Source: Bdellovibrionota bacterium (lineage in GTDB: Bacteria > Bdellovibrionota > Bdellovibrionia > Bdellovibrionales > JAEYZS01). Taken from it: a stretch of DNA of 45,340 bases. The stretch is from NCBI GenBank assembly GCA_963169515.1, contig CAUJEF010000068.1, positions 1 to 45,340 on the forward strand, read 5' to 3'. The notes below the pieces were generated by a model. It was not told the origin of the DNA and did not search any database. It saw only the letters and a list, made by a program, of their open reading frames with translations. A program made the position numbers and the translations under genes. Within the stretch, counting starts at the first letter, position 1. Every line of letters starts with the position of its first letter. Shown piece by piece: positions 8,623 through 17,029 of this stretch.

Positions 8623-9259
8623 TTGCTTGTTTCCAATCGTCTAAAAATCTTTGAATACCCTGTTCAGTCAATGGATGTTTCGTCAGTTGCTGCATAACTT
8701 TGTAGGGGATTGTCACAATGTTCGCGCCAACTAAAGCAGCATCCAAAATATGAATCGGGTGGCGCACGCTTGCAACCAAAACTTCAGTCTTGAATTGGTA
8801 GTTTTTAAAAATCTTCATTACTTGCGAAATCATTTCCATCCCGTTTGATGAAATATCATCCAGGCGGCCGACAAACGGGGAGAGCATCGTTGCTCCTGCC
8901 TTTGCCACCATTATTGCCTGAACTGGCGAAAAGACCAGTGTCACGTTTGTTTTAATGCCCTCTTTTGAAAGCTTTCGAACCGCAACGAGTCCCGCTTCTG
9001 TCATGGGAATTTTAACAACAACATTGTCGTGGATTTTTGCTAAATCCATGCCTTCCTTAAACATGCCTTCTGCCTCTAGGCTCACCACCTCTGCAGAAAC
9101 GGGGCCAGACACTTCCATACAAATATCTTTGATAACTTCTTTCATTGGCCGTTTTGTTTTTGCGACTAGGGATGGATTGGTCGTAACGCCGTCAACCCAG
9201 CCGCGCTTGTTGGCCTCTCGAATTTCGGTAATATCTGCACTATCAATAAAAAACTTCAT
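8606..9259 (-). CDS. tal: Transaldolase (short TalC/Fsa-family type)
   Basis: [16 protein letters not shown], Schiff-base VVKIP. SAEV (Glu) and SPFVGR (Phe) indicate transaldolase rather than FSA. AGGGG RBS before ATG 9259. Confidence 0.9.
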   Translation of the reverse strand: MKFFIDSADITEIREANKRGWVDGVTTNPSLVAKTKRPMKEVIKDICMEVSGPVSAEVVSLEAEGMFKEGMDLAKIHDNVVVKIPMTEAGLVAVRKLSKEGIKTNVTLVFSPVQAIMVAKAGATMLSPFVGRLDDISSNGMEMISQVMKIFKNYQFKTEVLVASVRHPIHILDAALVGANIVTIPYKVMQQLTKHPLTEQGIQRFLDDWKQANQATI

Positions 9260-9308
9260 AAAATCCCCTGTTTGTTTTTCAACAACAAAACTACTGATTG
9301 GATCCAAC

Positions 9309-9794
9309 CTAGTTCTCATTTGAGAGAAAATCAAGAAGGGTTTTGTTCTGTTTATAGAACGAAATTCCCTCTATTTCCTTGAAAGAGTTTCGTATTGTTT
9401 TAATCGACTCATTTAAAACCGGATGATTATAGGATTCCCAGATATCTGTCGCGGGAACAATCCACTTGGGCGATTTGTGTAATAGCGGGTGGGGGATGGT
9501 CAGATGCGGCGACCTAAACACAACATCATCTATCAGCAAAATTTCCCACTTAAAATATTCACTTTTAACGCTCGCCAGTATTTTCTCAATTTCCCCCTTC
9601 GCCTCCAGTGGAGACTTTTTTGCGAGCTCTATGTGTGCCACAACAGAGATGCCATACGCATACGGCTCTGTCAGCTCATAAACAGAGGAAATATCTTTCA
9701 TTTTCGAATTGTAACTTAATTGAAGTAAAATTTTTCTAAGAGTAATCAGTTCTTTCTCAAATTTTGTCTCGAGCGCCAAAAGCACATTAGCCAT
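9309..9794 (-). CDS. folK: Degenerate HPPK/FolK-like protein
   Basis: Retains SSVYE, ILL..D, LTIPHP and HPVL of HPPK, but lacks GSN and RWGPRTLDLD. Confidence 0.6.
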   Translation of the reverse strand: MANVLLALETKFEKELITLRKILLQLSYNSKMKDISSVYELTEPYAYGISVVAHIELAKKSPLEAKGEIEKILASVKSEYFKWEILLIDDVVFRSPHLTIPHPLLHKSPKWIVPATDIWESYNHPVLNESIKTIRNSFKEIEGISFYKQNKTLLDFLSNEN

Positions 9795-10446
9795 GCATCA
9801 CGCTTTCCATTCCATAGAGCCCTTTTTTCTTTTTAATCAGCCATCGCGCACATATCAATGCGCCTCTTGCGAAAACAGTCCTGTTAAGCGCCTCATGCTC
9901 AATTACAATTTTTTCTTCTTTCCCCGCAGCAATGACCCTATGAATACCAAACACGTCCCCCTCTCGCACCGATCGGATAGGAATATTTTTTCGCCTTGTT
10001 TGGCGCTCCAAGCTTAGTTTTAAGTAGCGCGCGGTCCCGCTCGGAGAATCCTTTTTGTTTACATGATGAATGTCTTCGATGGAAAAGTTATACCCTTTAA
10101 GCCCCGCAAACGACTTCAGCATAGCACGAACAATTTGGATTCCCACACTCATATTGGGGGCCCATAGAACCGGAATTTTTCGCGCCGCACGTCTAAGCGC
10201 TTTTTGCTTTTGCAAATCAAGCCCCGTTGTCCCGATTACCACTGGCGTTTTTGTTTTTGTTGCAAAATCTAAAACATCATTTAGAAATTCGGGCTGAGAA
10301 AAGTCAATAACAACATCGGCTTTCACGGATTTCAGGGGCTGGGCCCGCCCCACTGACAAAACTATTTTTGTTTTTTTGTCCTGACCAACTAATTTAGAAA
10401 TTTCTTGTCCCATTCGCCCAGACGCGCCGGATAAAATGATTTTCAT
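9787..10446 (-). CDS. dapB: 4-hydroxy-tetrahydrodipicolinate reductase
   Basis: GASGRMG, IDFS, GTTG, APNMSVG, HHVNKKDSPSGTA, R..FARGAL. Confidence 0.96.
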   Translation of the reverse strand: MKIILSGASGRMGQEISKLVGQDKKTKIVLSVGRAQPLKSVKADVVIDFSQPEFLNDVLDFATKTKTPVVIGTTGLDLQKQKALRRAARKIPVLWAPNMSVGIQIVRAMLKSFAGLKGYNFSIEDIHHVNKKDSPSGTARYLKLSLERQTRRKNIPIRSVREGDVFGIHRVIAAGKEEKIVIEHEALNRTVFARGALICARWLIKKKKGLYGMESVMHG

Positions 10447-11324
10447 TTCATCAGCCTCGCGTCTTCCAGAAGACTGTCCATATCAGCCCTTAGGCTCTCG
10501 CCCAGGGCCACGAGCGGCAGCCTTAGTTCCTCGGACTGAAGAATGCCCATTCGCCGCAGACAATATTTTATTGGAATTGGGTTTGTTTCCTTGTAGATGC
10601 CCTTGATCAATGGTTGAAACTTATCATACGCTGTCTTGGCGAAGTGATTTCCTTTTTCAATTTCTTTATATATGGCCCGCATAGGATTAGAAATCAAATG
10701 TGAAACCACGGAAATAACGCCTCGTCCGCCCCGAGTCGCAAGATCCATGCAGGTTGCATCGTCGCCACTTAAAACAATAAAATCTTTCGAACAATTATTA
10801 ATAATTCTTTCGCCAAATGAAATATCTCCTGTCGCCTCTTTAATCCCAATGATGTTATCTACTTTACTCAGTTCTGACACCGTCTCCACCTCAAGCCCCG
10901 CGCTCGTTCGACTGGGAACATTGTATAAAATAACAGGGATGGCGACCTTTTCTGCAACCCATTTGAAATGCTTATGCAGCCCTCTTTGCGGAGGCTTATT
11001 GTAATATGGGACAACAACCAAAAGGGCGTCTGCGCCCCACTCTTCGGCTGCTTTTGATTTCTCAACCGTTTCTGCCGTAGAATTGCTGCCTGTTCCAACA
11101 ATTAATGGCACCTGTCCCGAGACTTCCACCTTTATAAATTCAAAAATTTTTTTCCGCTCTCTTTCCGTAACCGTGGGGGATTCGCCTGTTGTTCCGTGGA
11201 CAACAAATCCGTCAATGCCTTGTTCAAGCTGATGTCTTACAAGCTTTCCTAATGAATCAAAATCCACCTCGTCGTCTCGAAACGGAGTTACAAGGGCCGT
11301 AATAATACCTTGAAATTTAGACAC
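10443..11324 (-). CDS. dapA: 4-hydroxy-tetrahydrodipicolinate synthase
   Basis: TALVTPF, GTTGES, PYYNKP, LYNVPSRT, GIKEA, SGDD, NPIPIK. Confidence 0.97.
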   Translation of the reverse strand: MSKFQGIITALVTPFRDDEVDFDSLGKLVRHQLEQGIDGFVVHGTTGESPTVTERERKKIFEFIKVEVSGQVPLIVGTGSNSTAETVEKSKAAEEWGADALLVVVPYYNKPPQRGLHKHFKWVAEKVAIPVILYNVPSRTSAGLEVETVSELSKVDNIIGIKEATGDISFGERIINNCSKDFIVLSGDDATCMDLATRGGRGVISVVSHLISNPMRAIYKEIEKGNHFAKTAYDKFQPLIKGIYKETNPIPIKYCLRRMGILQSEELRLPLVALGESLRADMDSLLEDARLMK

Positions 11325-12177
11325 TCAAAACCTCTCGATGTACAACGCCGTCGCAAACTCGAAGCGCAGGGCCTGTCAATTCAACATCGCCCTCGCTTGT
11401 CAGGCCAACAGCCAAAGTCCCCCCTGGCATATTGATTTTTACAGGCTCATTTGTGCCATTTATTTTACAATAATAAATGGCTGCCGCGACAGCCCCCGTG
11501 CCGCACGCAAGAGTGAAGTTCTCCACCCCTCTTTCAAAAGAGACCGCGTTTAATTCGTTTTTTCCAATTTCCTCTATAAAAGTAACATTTGTTCCGCGCG
11601 GATGAAAATATGGGTGGTTTCTTAACATTGCCGCCTTGGCAATTCGCCCATGATGCTCGTGAACATTTCGTGCCCGAACAACGAAATGCGGGACCCCTGA
11701 ATCAATCCATCCCCCCTCAACATTTTCATTCCCGATCAGCACTTTCTTTTTGAGGTCAAAAATGCTTACTTTCGGGATTTTAATCGTAACAAGATCCTTC
11801 TTTTTCCGCCCATGAATAACTCCGAACGGGGTCTGTATCTTCAGCGGCTTCCCGTTGCTGATTTTTTCTTCGACTAAATAGCGCACGACACATCGGCTTG
11901 CATTCGCACACATTTCTGGCCGGCTGCCGTCAGAATTATAAAAATCCCATCGGATCGAGGCGCCGTTTACGTCCGGCTTTTCTAAAAAAAGTAGCCCGTC
12001 TGCGCCAATCCCTAATTGTCTGTGACACATTTTCAAGGCAAAGTCTTCCCTGGATACTTTCCCTAAGAATTTTTTGATTGCTTTCTGGTCAGCGTCTTTC
12101 AGGGCAGGAATTATGATAAAATCATTCCCGGCGCCAGACATTTTGGTAAATTTAATTTTGTTGTTCTTTTTTTCCAT
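11317..12177 (-). CDS. dapF: Diaminopimelate epimerase
   Basis: FTKMSGAGNDF, GIGADG, EMCAN and TLACGTG (both catalytic Cys), GVPH, FERG. Start set at ATG 12177. Confidence 0.95.
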   Translation of the reverse strand: MEKKNNKIKFTKMSGAGNDFIIIPALKDADQKAIKKFLGKVSREDFALKMCHRQLGIGADGLLFLEKPDVNGASIRWDFYNSDGSRPEMCANASRCVVRYLVEEKISNGKPLKIQTPFGVIHGRKKKDLVTIKIPKVSIFDLKKKVLIGNENVEGGWIDSGVPHFVVRARNVHEHHGRIAKAAMLRNHPYFHPRGTNVTFIEEIGKNELNAVSFERGVENFTLACGTGAVAAAIYYCKINGTNEPVKINMPGGTLAVGLTSEGDVELTGPALRVCDGVVHREVLSV

Positions 12178-12367
12178 TTTTCTTTTTTGCTTCATCTTTT
12201 TCATAAAGGGGCGGCACATATGGAGTCGCTAAATCTTTCGTCACCTCTTTATACATTGGCTGTCCCCGCCCTAGAGATGGCGGTTCTGTTGGTGGGATGG
12301 GATCTCCACGGACTCCACAGCCCAAAAGCGCCGATAACATCAATATACTTGTTGTTTTACTGATCAT
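12152..12367 (-). CDS. lptM: Small lipoprotein, LptM/YifL/LppL-like
   Basis: Signal peptide with lipobox LLGC, then GVRGDPIPP (compare CGxKGPLxxP). Lies immediately upstream of dapF, as yifL does in enterobacteria. Confidence 0.55.
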   Translation of the reverse strand: MISKTTSILMLSALLGCGVRGDPIPPTEPPSLGRGQPMYKEVTKDLATPYVPPLYEKDEAKKKNGKKEQQN

Positions 12368-13202
12368 CGCCTTCCTTCTTTTCTGCCGCTTGATCTTCTA
12401 ACTTTGCCTCTATGCTTTTGTATTCTTGGCACATTCTTGGTTCATACTCAAATTTCGCCCAGTCGCTCCGGGCAAGAGTCTTGCATAGTTTCACATATTT
12501 TTTTGCGCTCTCTGTCGCCGGCTTGTTTAATTTTTCAAGAATTTGATTTTCCCAATAATAGTTTTCGGGAAAGGCTTCGCTAATCTTTTCTGCCCTTTGA
12601 AGGTATTTAAATGACTCTCCAAGCTCTCCCTTGAAATAATGCATTTGAGCTAACGCCAAATTGAGATGCAATCCTATCGCGGGCTCCCGAACGTCCTTCT
12701 CCTCAATGTCCTTTTCCAGGCTTTCGAAATCCTGCAGACAGGTTCGCGCCTGGATCTGCAATAAGAAGTTTTCATTATTAAACGGGTTCAGTCCGTCCAG
12801 AACATGGCTTGTTTCAAGGCTGTCCTTACACTGTCCTAACAAAAGATAGGTTCTCCCTAACGTCGTTAGAACTTTCGTGTTCTTCGGTTCGATTTCAAGT
12901 ACGGCTTTAAATGCTTTCATGGCCTCTGCCGGCTTTTGCCTAATAAGCACATTCCCCTGCTCGTAAAGCTTTTGAGCTTTGTCTGTATAAAAAATTTCAC
13001 TCAGTTTTTTTAATGTTGTTATGAGTGCCGCTCTGCCTTTCAGATCCTTTTCTTTTTGGATTCCAGTTAAAAGCATTTGTTGCGCTTCGCTGCGTGCTTG
13101 TTGAAGGCTTAACTGTTGGGCTCGCGCGATAATCTCTTTGTAATTGCTTTGTTCCGAGGGCAGAGCCAGGCACAACGACAATATTGCTAATAAAAATAAC
13201 AT
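12357..13202 (-). CDS. Exported tetratricopeptide-repeat protein
   Basis: Hydrophobic N-terminus and TPR patterns (AMKAFKAVLEIEPKN, LGRTYLLLG, LAQMHYFKG). Confidence 0.75.
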   Translation of the reverse strand: MLFLLAILSLCLALPSEQSNYKEIIARAQQLSLQQARSEAQQMLLTGIQKEKDLKGRAALITTLKKLSEIFYTDKAQKLYEQGNVLIRQKPAEAMKAFKAVLEIEPKNTKVLTTLGRTYLLLGQCKDSLETSHVLDGLNPFNNENFLLQIQARTCLQDFESLEKDIEEKDVREPAIGLHLNLALAQMHYFKGELGESFKYLQRAEKISEAFPENYYWENQILEKLNKPATESAKKYVKLCKTLARSDWAKFEYEPRMCQEYKSIEAKLEDQAAEKKEGDDQ

Positions 13203-13232
13203 ATTATTTATATAGCCGAATCACATAAGATT

Positions 13233-15560
13233 TCAAAGTTTATTGATAAGAACCTGCCGCGGCTTGCTTCCGCTTGCTGGTCCAACAACACCTTCTTTTT
13301 CAAAGATCTCAATGACACGGGCGGCTCTTGGATAGCCAAGGCGAAACTTCCTCTGTAATAAAGACGCGCTGACCTCTTTCATCGTAGAAACGTAGGCTAA
13401 AATTTCATCATATCGCTCTTCTGTGTCTGGATTACCGTCCTCAAAAAACGATTCTTCGCCCCCCAAATCATAGCCTCCGCCACTGCCGTCTAGTTGTTTC
13501 ATTGCTGCGGCATCAAACTCTGGCTCACCTTGTTTTGACCAAAACGCTGTGACCCTGGCCATTTCGTCTTCTGAAATCCATGCGCCATGATGCCTTTGTG
13601 GTTTTGAAACCCCCGGCGCTAAAAAAAGCATATCTCCTTGGGCAAGAAGCCGTTCCGCTCCAGATTCATCTAGAATAATTCGAGAGTCCATTTTGCTTGC
13701 CACCTTAAAGCTGATTCGGCCGGGAATATTCGTTTTGATTAGACCCGTAACAACGTCTCGCCGAGGACTTTGCATTGCAAGAATCAAATGGATTCCACAT
13801 GCGCGTGCCATTTGTGCCAGACGCACAATCATTTGTTCAACGCTTGCTTTGTCAACAGTCATAAGGTCGCCGAATTCTTCAACGACAATCACAATATAAG
13901 GAAGCTCCGTAAAATAATACCCCTCGGCTGTGTCTCGCCGTTGGGCTTCCAATTCTTCATTCATTTTTTGATGCGCTTTAATTTCGTCGCCAAACAACGA
14001 TCGCATTTTGTCGTTAAATCCCTCAATCCCGCGAGCGTTGAATCGTGACATAGACCTGTATCTCTTCTCCATTTCGCGGACGGCCCACCGCAACCCGTTT
14101 ACAGCTTTTTTCGGTTCTTTTATTGGAGGCATTATGAGGTGGGGAACTTTGTGAAATGTTGCAAGGTCCACTTGTTTGGGGTCAACAAGAATAAGTCTAA
14201 GTGTTTTTGGAGAGTGTTTGAACAGCAAGCCGGTCAAAATACTGTTAATAAAAACAGACTTCCCTGATCCCGTTGTGCCGGCAACCAAGAGGTGGGGCAT
14301 CTTTCTTAAATCCACCACTCTTGTTTCTCCGTTGGCCTGCTTGCCTAAGGCGAGTGGCAACTTCAGATCATCTTCCCAAAAATTAACGTCTTCAAGGATT
14401 TCGCTTAAAAACACCGTGTCGCGTTCATAGTTTGCCGTTTCAATTCCTACAACGTCTCGCCCGGGCAGGGGGGCAATAATTCGAACAGATTCGCTACTCA
14501 TCGCAAGCGACAGGTCGTCTGCAAGTTCGGTAATTTTGCTGATTTTGACGTCGGCATTAGGTTTAAATTCGAACATCGTTACGGCGGGCCCAGGCAAAAC
14601 AGCGACGACTTTACCATTTACATCAAACTGGGAGAGCTTGTCCTCTAAGAGAAGGGTATTTCTTTTAATTATTTTCTCGTCTACTTTAAACTTTGTGTTT
14701 GTGGGAACTTCAAGCATCGCCAATTTCGGCAACTCCCAGTTTTCCACTCTTCGCTTCATTTCTTTCATTTGTTTCTGCGCCTTATTATCCGCAAAATCAA
14801 AAATAGACTTAATAACAAATGACGTTTTATCCTCTGCGCGCGCCGAAATGGGCGTCTCTTCCGCGGGATGCGCTCCTTCGCCTTTTTGTTCCCTATATTG
14901 ATCTAGCAAAGACAATAGCTTTTTTTCTTGAATTTTTTTGTCGTCAGAAATTCTAGCTCGCGCCTCGCGGCGACAAATCACGGTGGCAATTTTTGAAGTA
15001 ACCCTATCAAACGACAGCCGTTTCAATAAAAAGATTACATGCTTAATATTTTCGTCAATTGTGTGTTCTGTGTAAAATACTAAGAGTACCGCGGCACTCG
15101 CCCACAAAATAATTGCGACACCTGTTGTATTAAACACTGCAATCAAAGCTTTTGACGTAACAAGGCCCAGAAGGCCTCCTATGTGAATGGATTTGTGTAG
15201 GACCCGCGTTTGGGGAAAATAAAGTGTAAGTAGTGCCGTAACCACAACAAAAAGAAGTACATTTAGTCCTACACGCGTTTTTGTAAATGGAATTTTTTTC
15301 CCTTTAATGGATTGCCAGCCAAATCGTGTAAACGCAAAAACGATTAACCAGGCGGCAACTCCAAGAAATTGAAATAAAATGTCCGACAGGAAGCTTCCGA
15401 AATATCCACAAAAGTTCTCCACTCCTTGGCCATATCCCGTCGAATTAAATGAGGGGTCTTTTGGATTAAAACTTATTAGGGATAGGCCCACAAAAAGACT
15501 AAGCGCAAAAAAAATTATGCTTTTGATATCTCTCTGGAAGCGCAATACAAGTTGAGACAT
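13233..15560 (-). CDS. ftsK: DNA translocase FtsK
   Basis: N-terminal 4TM domain, PHLLVAGTTGSGKS Walker A, RLAQMARACGIH, GAERLL..GDML and gamma domain SASLLQRKFRLGYPRAAR. Confidence 0.97.
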   Translation of the reverse strand: MSQLVLRFQRDIKSIIFFALSLFVGLSLISFNPKDPSFNSTGYGQGVENFCGYFGSFLSDILFQFLGVAAWLIVFAFTRFGWQSIKGKKIPFTKTRVGLNVLLFVVVTALLTLYFPQTRVLHKSIHIGGLLGLVTSKALIAVFNTTGVAIILWASAAVLLVFYTEHTIDENIKHVIFLLKRLSFDRVTSKIATVICRREARARISDDKKIQEKKLLSLLDQYREQKGEGAHPAEETPISARAEDKTSFVIKSIFDFADNKAQKQMKEMKRRVENWELPKLAMLEVPTNTKFKVDEKIIKRNTLLLEDKLSQFDVNGKVVAVLPGPAVTMFEFKPNADVKISKITELADDLSLAMSSESVRIIAPLPGRDVVGIETANYERDTVFLSEILEDVNFWEDDLKLPLALGKQANGETRVVDLRKMPHLLVAGTTGSGKSVFINSILTGLLFKHSPKTLRLILVDPKQVDLATFHKVPHLIMPPIKEPKKAVNGLRWAVREMEKRYRSMSRFNARGIEGFNDKMRSLFGDEIKAHQKMNEELEAQRRDTAEGYYFTELPYIVIVVEEFGDLMTVDKASVEQMIVRLAQMARACGIHLILAMQSPRRDVVTGLIKTNIPGRISFKVASKMDSRIILDESGAERLLAQGDMLFLAPGVSKPQRHHGAWISEDEMARVTAFWSKQGEPEFDAAAMKQLDGSGGGYDLGGEESFFEDGNPDTEERYDEILAYVSTMKEVSASLLQRKFRLGYPRAARVIEIFEKEGVVGPASGSKPRQVLINKL

Positions 15561-15635
15561 ATGATCGCCCCCGGCGACTTAGCTGTTAATGCGAGACTTT
15601 GCCCCACAGTTTCTTTAATTCTACCCGAACATCAA

Positions 15636-15664
15636 TTGACTTTGGTAGTCGGGGACTTTAATTT
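15636..15664 (+). promoter_or_regulatory. Candidate sigma70 promoter for queE-fis
   Basis: TTGACT (15636-41), 17 bp spacer, TAATTT (15659-64), 18 bp before the queE ATG. Confidence 0.5.
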
Positions 15665-15682
15665 GTTGAGATCATTTTTGGT

Positions 15683-16321
15683 ATGATTAAAATCAACGAA
15701 ATCTTTTTCAGCATACAGGGCGAATCAAGCTATGCGGGCTGGCCCACAGTCTTCGTAAGAACGTCTGGGTGCCCGCTCCGGTGCAGCTATTGCGATACAA
15801 AATATGCATATTATGAAGGCGAACGCCTTTCTGTTGACGAGATCGTGGAGAAAATTCAAGGTTTTTCAACAAAGTATGTTTGCATTACTGGTGGTGAGCC
15901 ATTATCCCAAGGCAAAACCTTCGCTTTGATGGCCAAGCTTTGTGATATGGGCTACACCGTTTCCATAGAAACAAACGGGGCCGAGCCTGTGAAAGCGCTC
16001 GACACTAGAGTCAAGAAAATTATTGACGTAAAAACTCCCGATAGCGGTGCGGCAGATACCTTTTTAATGCAAAATTTGGAACACACAACCCCGTTGGACG
16101 AATTCAAATTTGTGATTTGTTCAGAAAAAGATTTCCATTGGGCAGAAAGTTTTGTAAAAGAACACCACCTTCACGAAAAAAATTTGGTTTTATATAGCCC
16201 GAGTTTTGGATGCGTGAATGAAGAATGGCTTGCAAAACAGATTTTAGAAAATAAATCCCTTGCAAGACTTCAATTGCAGTTACATAAATACATTTGGACG
16301 CCGAACAAACGCGGAGTCTAA
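15683..16321 (+). CDS. queE: 7-carboxy-7-deazaguanine synthase (radical SAM)
   Basis: EIFFSIQGE, FVRTSGCPLRCSYCDT, ITGGEPL, ETNG, QLQLHK. Confidence 0.9.
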   Translation: MIKINEIFFSIQGESSYAGWPTVFVRTSGCPLRCSYCDTKYAYYEGERLSVDEIVEKIQGFSTKYVCITGGEPLSQGKTFALMAKLCDMGYTVSIETNGAEPVKALDTRVKKIIDVKTPDSGAADTFLMQNLEHTTPLDEFKFVICSEKDFHWAESFVKEHHLHEKNLVLYSPSFGCVNEEWLAKQILENKSLARLQLQLHKYIWTPNKRGV

Positions 16322-16341
16322 AATTAAAGGAGATCCGTCAC

Positions 16342-16674
16342 GTGGAAACAACGCCAACGCCTGTCCCTGTCACCCCTGAAAATTATGAAGCAAACCATCT
16401 TTTTGTAGCGAACTTAAAATCCGTTAGCTTGGAAAAGCTCGTACGAAGCAAGCTAGAAGTACTCTTTGAAGAGCAACAAAAGGCGGCCGTTGAGCTTGAT
16501 GGTTTATATGATGTGGTGTTGGAGCAGGTCGAAAAGCCGTTGATTGAGCTTGCTTTGCGCGTTCACAAAGGCAACCAAGTTAAAACTGCGAAAATGTTGG
16601 GCATAAATAGAAACACATTGAAGAAAAAAATGGACATTTACAAAATTAGAGTCCGCGCCTTGGGTCGAGCTTAA
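16342..16674 (+). CDS. fis: Fis-family nucleoid protein
   Basis: LYDVVLEQVEKPL...GNQVKTAKMLGINRNTLKKKM closely matches Fis. AAGGAG RBS before GTG 16342. Confidence 0.88.
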   Translation: METTPTPVPVTPENYEANHLFVANLKSVSLEKLVRSKLEVLFEEQQKAAVELDGLYDVVLEQVEKPLIELALRVHKGNQVKTAKMLGINRNTLKKKMDIYKIRVRALGRA

Positions 16675-16837
16675 AAAATTAAAAGTAAAGTAAAATACAA
16701 CAGCGGGACACCCTTGTCCTTCATCTAGAAGCGCCCCGCAAATTAGCCTTAAGTCTAGTTTTTTAATCCCACTGGCGTTAAACGTCGACGGTCATAACCA
16801 CTCCCTGAAATTATTTTGTCATCGTTTTGGGGGGCGG

Positions 16838-17029
16838 ATGGGCGAAACCTTATTACAGCAAATTATCGATCTAACGGGCTTACCAAAAGAAGTCTTAACA
16901 AAAGAATTTCTTGCTCTTTTAGAGAAGAAAGGGCTTCCTTCACAAACTCTTACTCTTGAACACGTTCGCGTGATTTTAGCTGAATACCTTCAAGATGTTT
17001 TGTTAAATGCTCGGAAAGAATTTGAGTGA
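16838..17029 (+). CDS. Small helical hypothetical protein
   Basis: 63 aa with amphipathic helices and a G-rich RBS. It fills the gap, and its stop codon abuts the dnaB stop. Confidence 0.65.
   Translation: MGETLLQQIIDLTGLPKEVLTKEFLALLEKKGLPSQTLTLEHVRVILAEYLQDVLLNARKEFE

Noticed and set aside
15561..15682. Possible preQ1 riboswitch upstream of queE
   Set aside because: No preQ1 aptamer motif is visible, and the predicted leader is too short.
16335..16350. parS-like CACGTGGAA at the fis start
   Set aside because: Only a half-match to TGTTNCACGTGAAACA, with no palindromic left arm.
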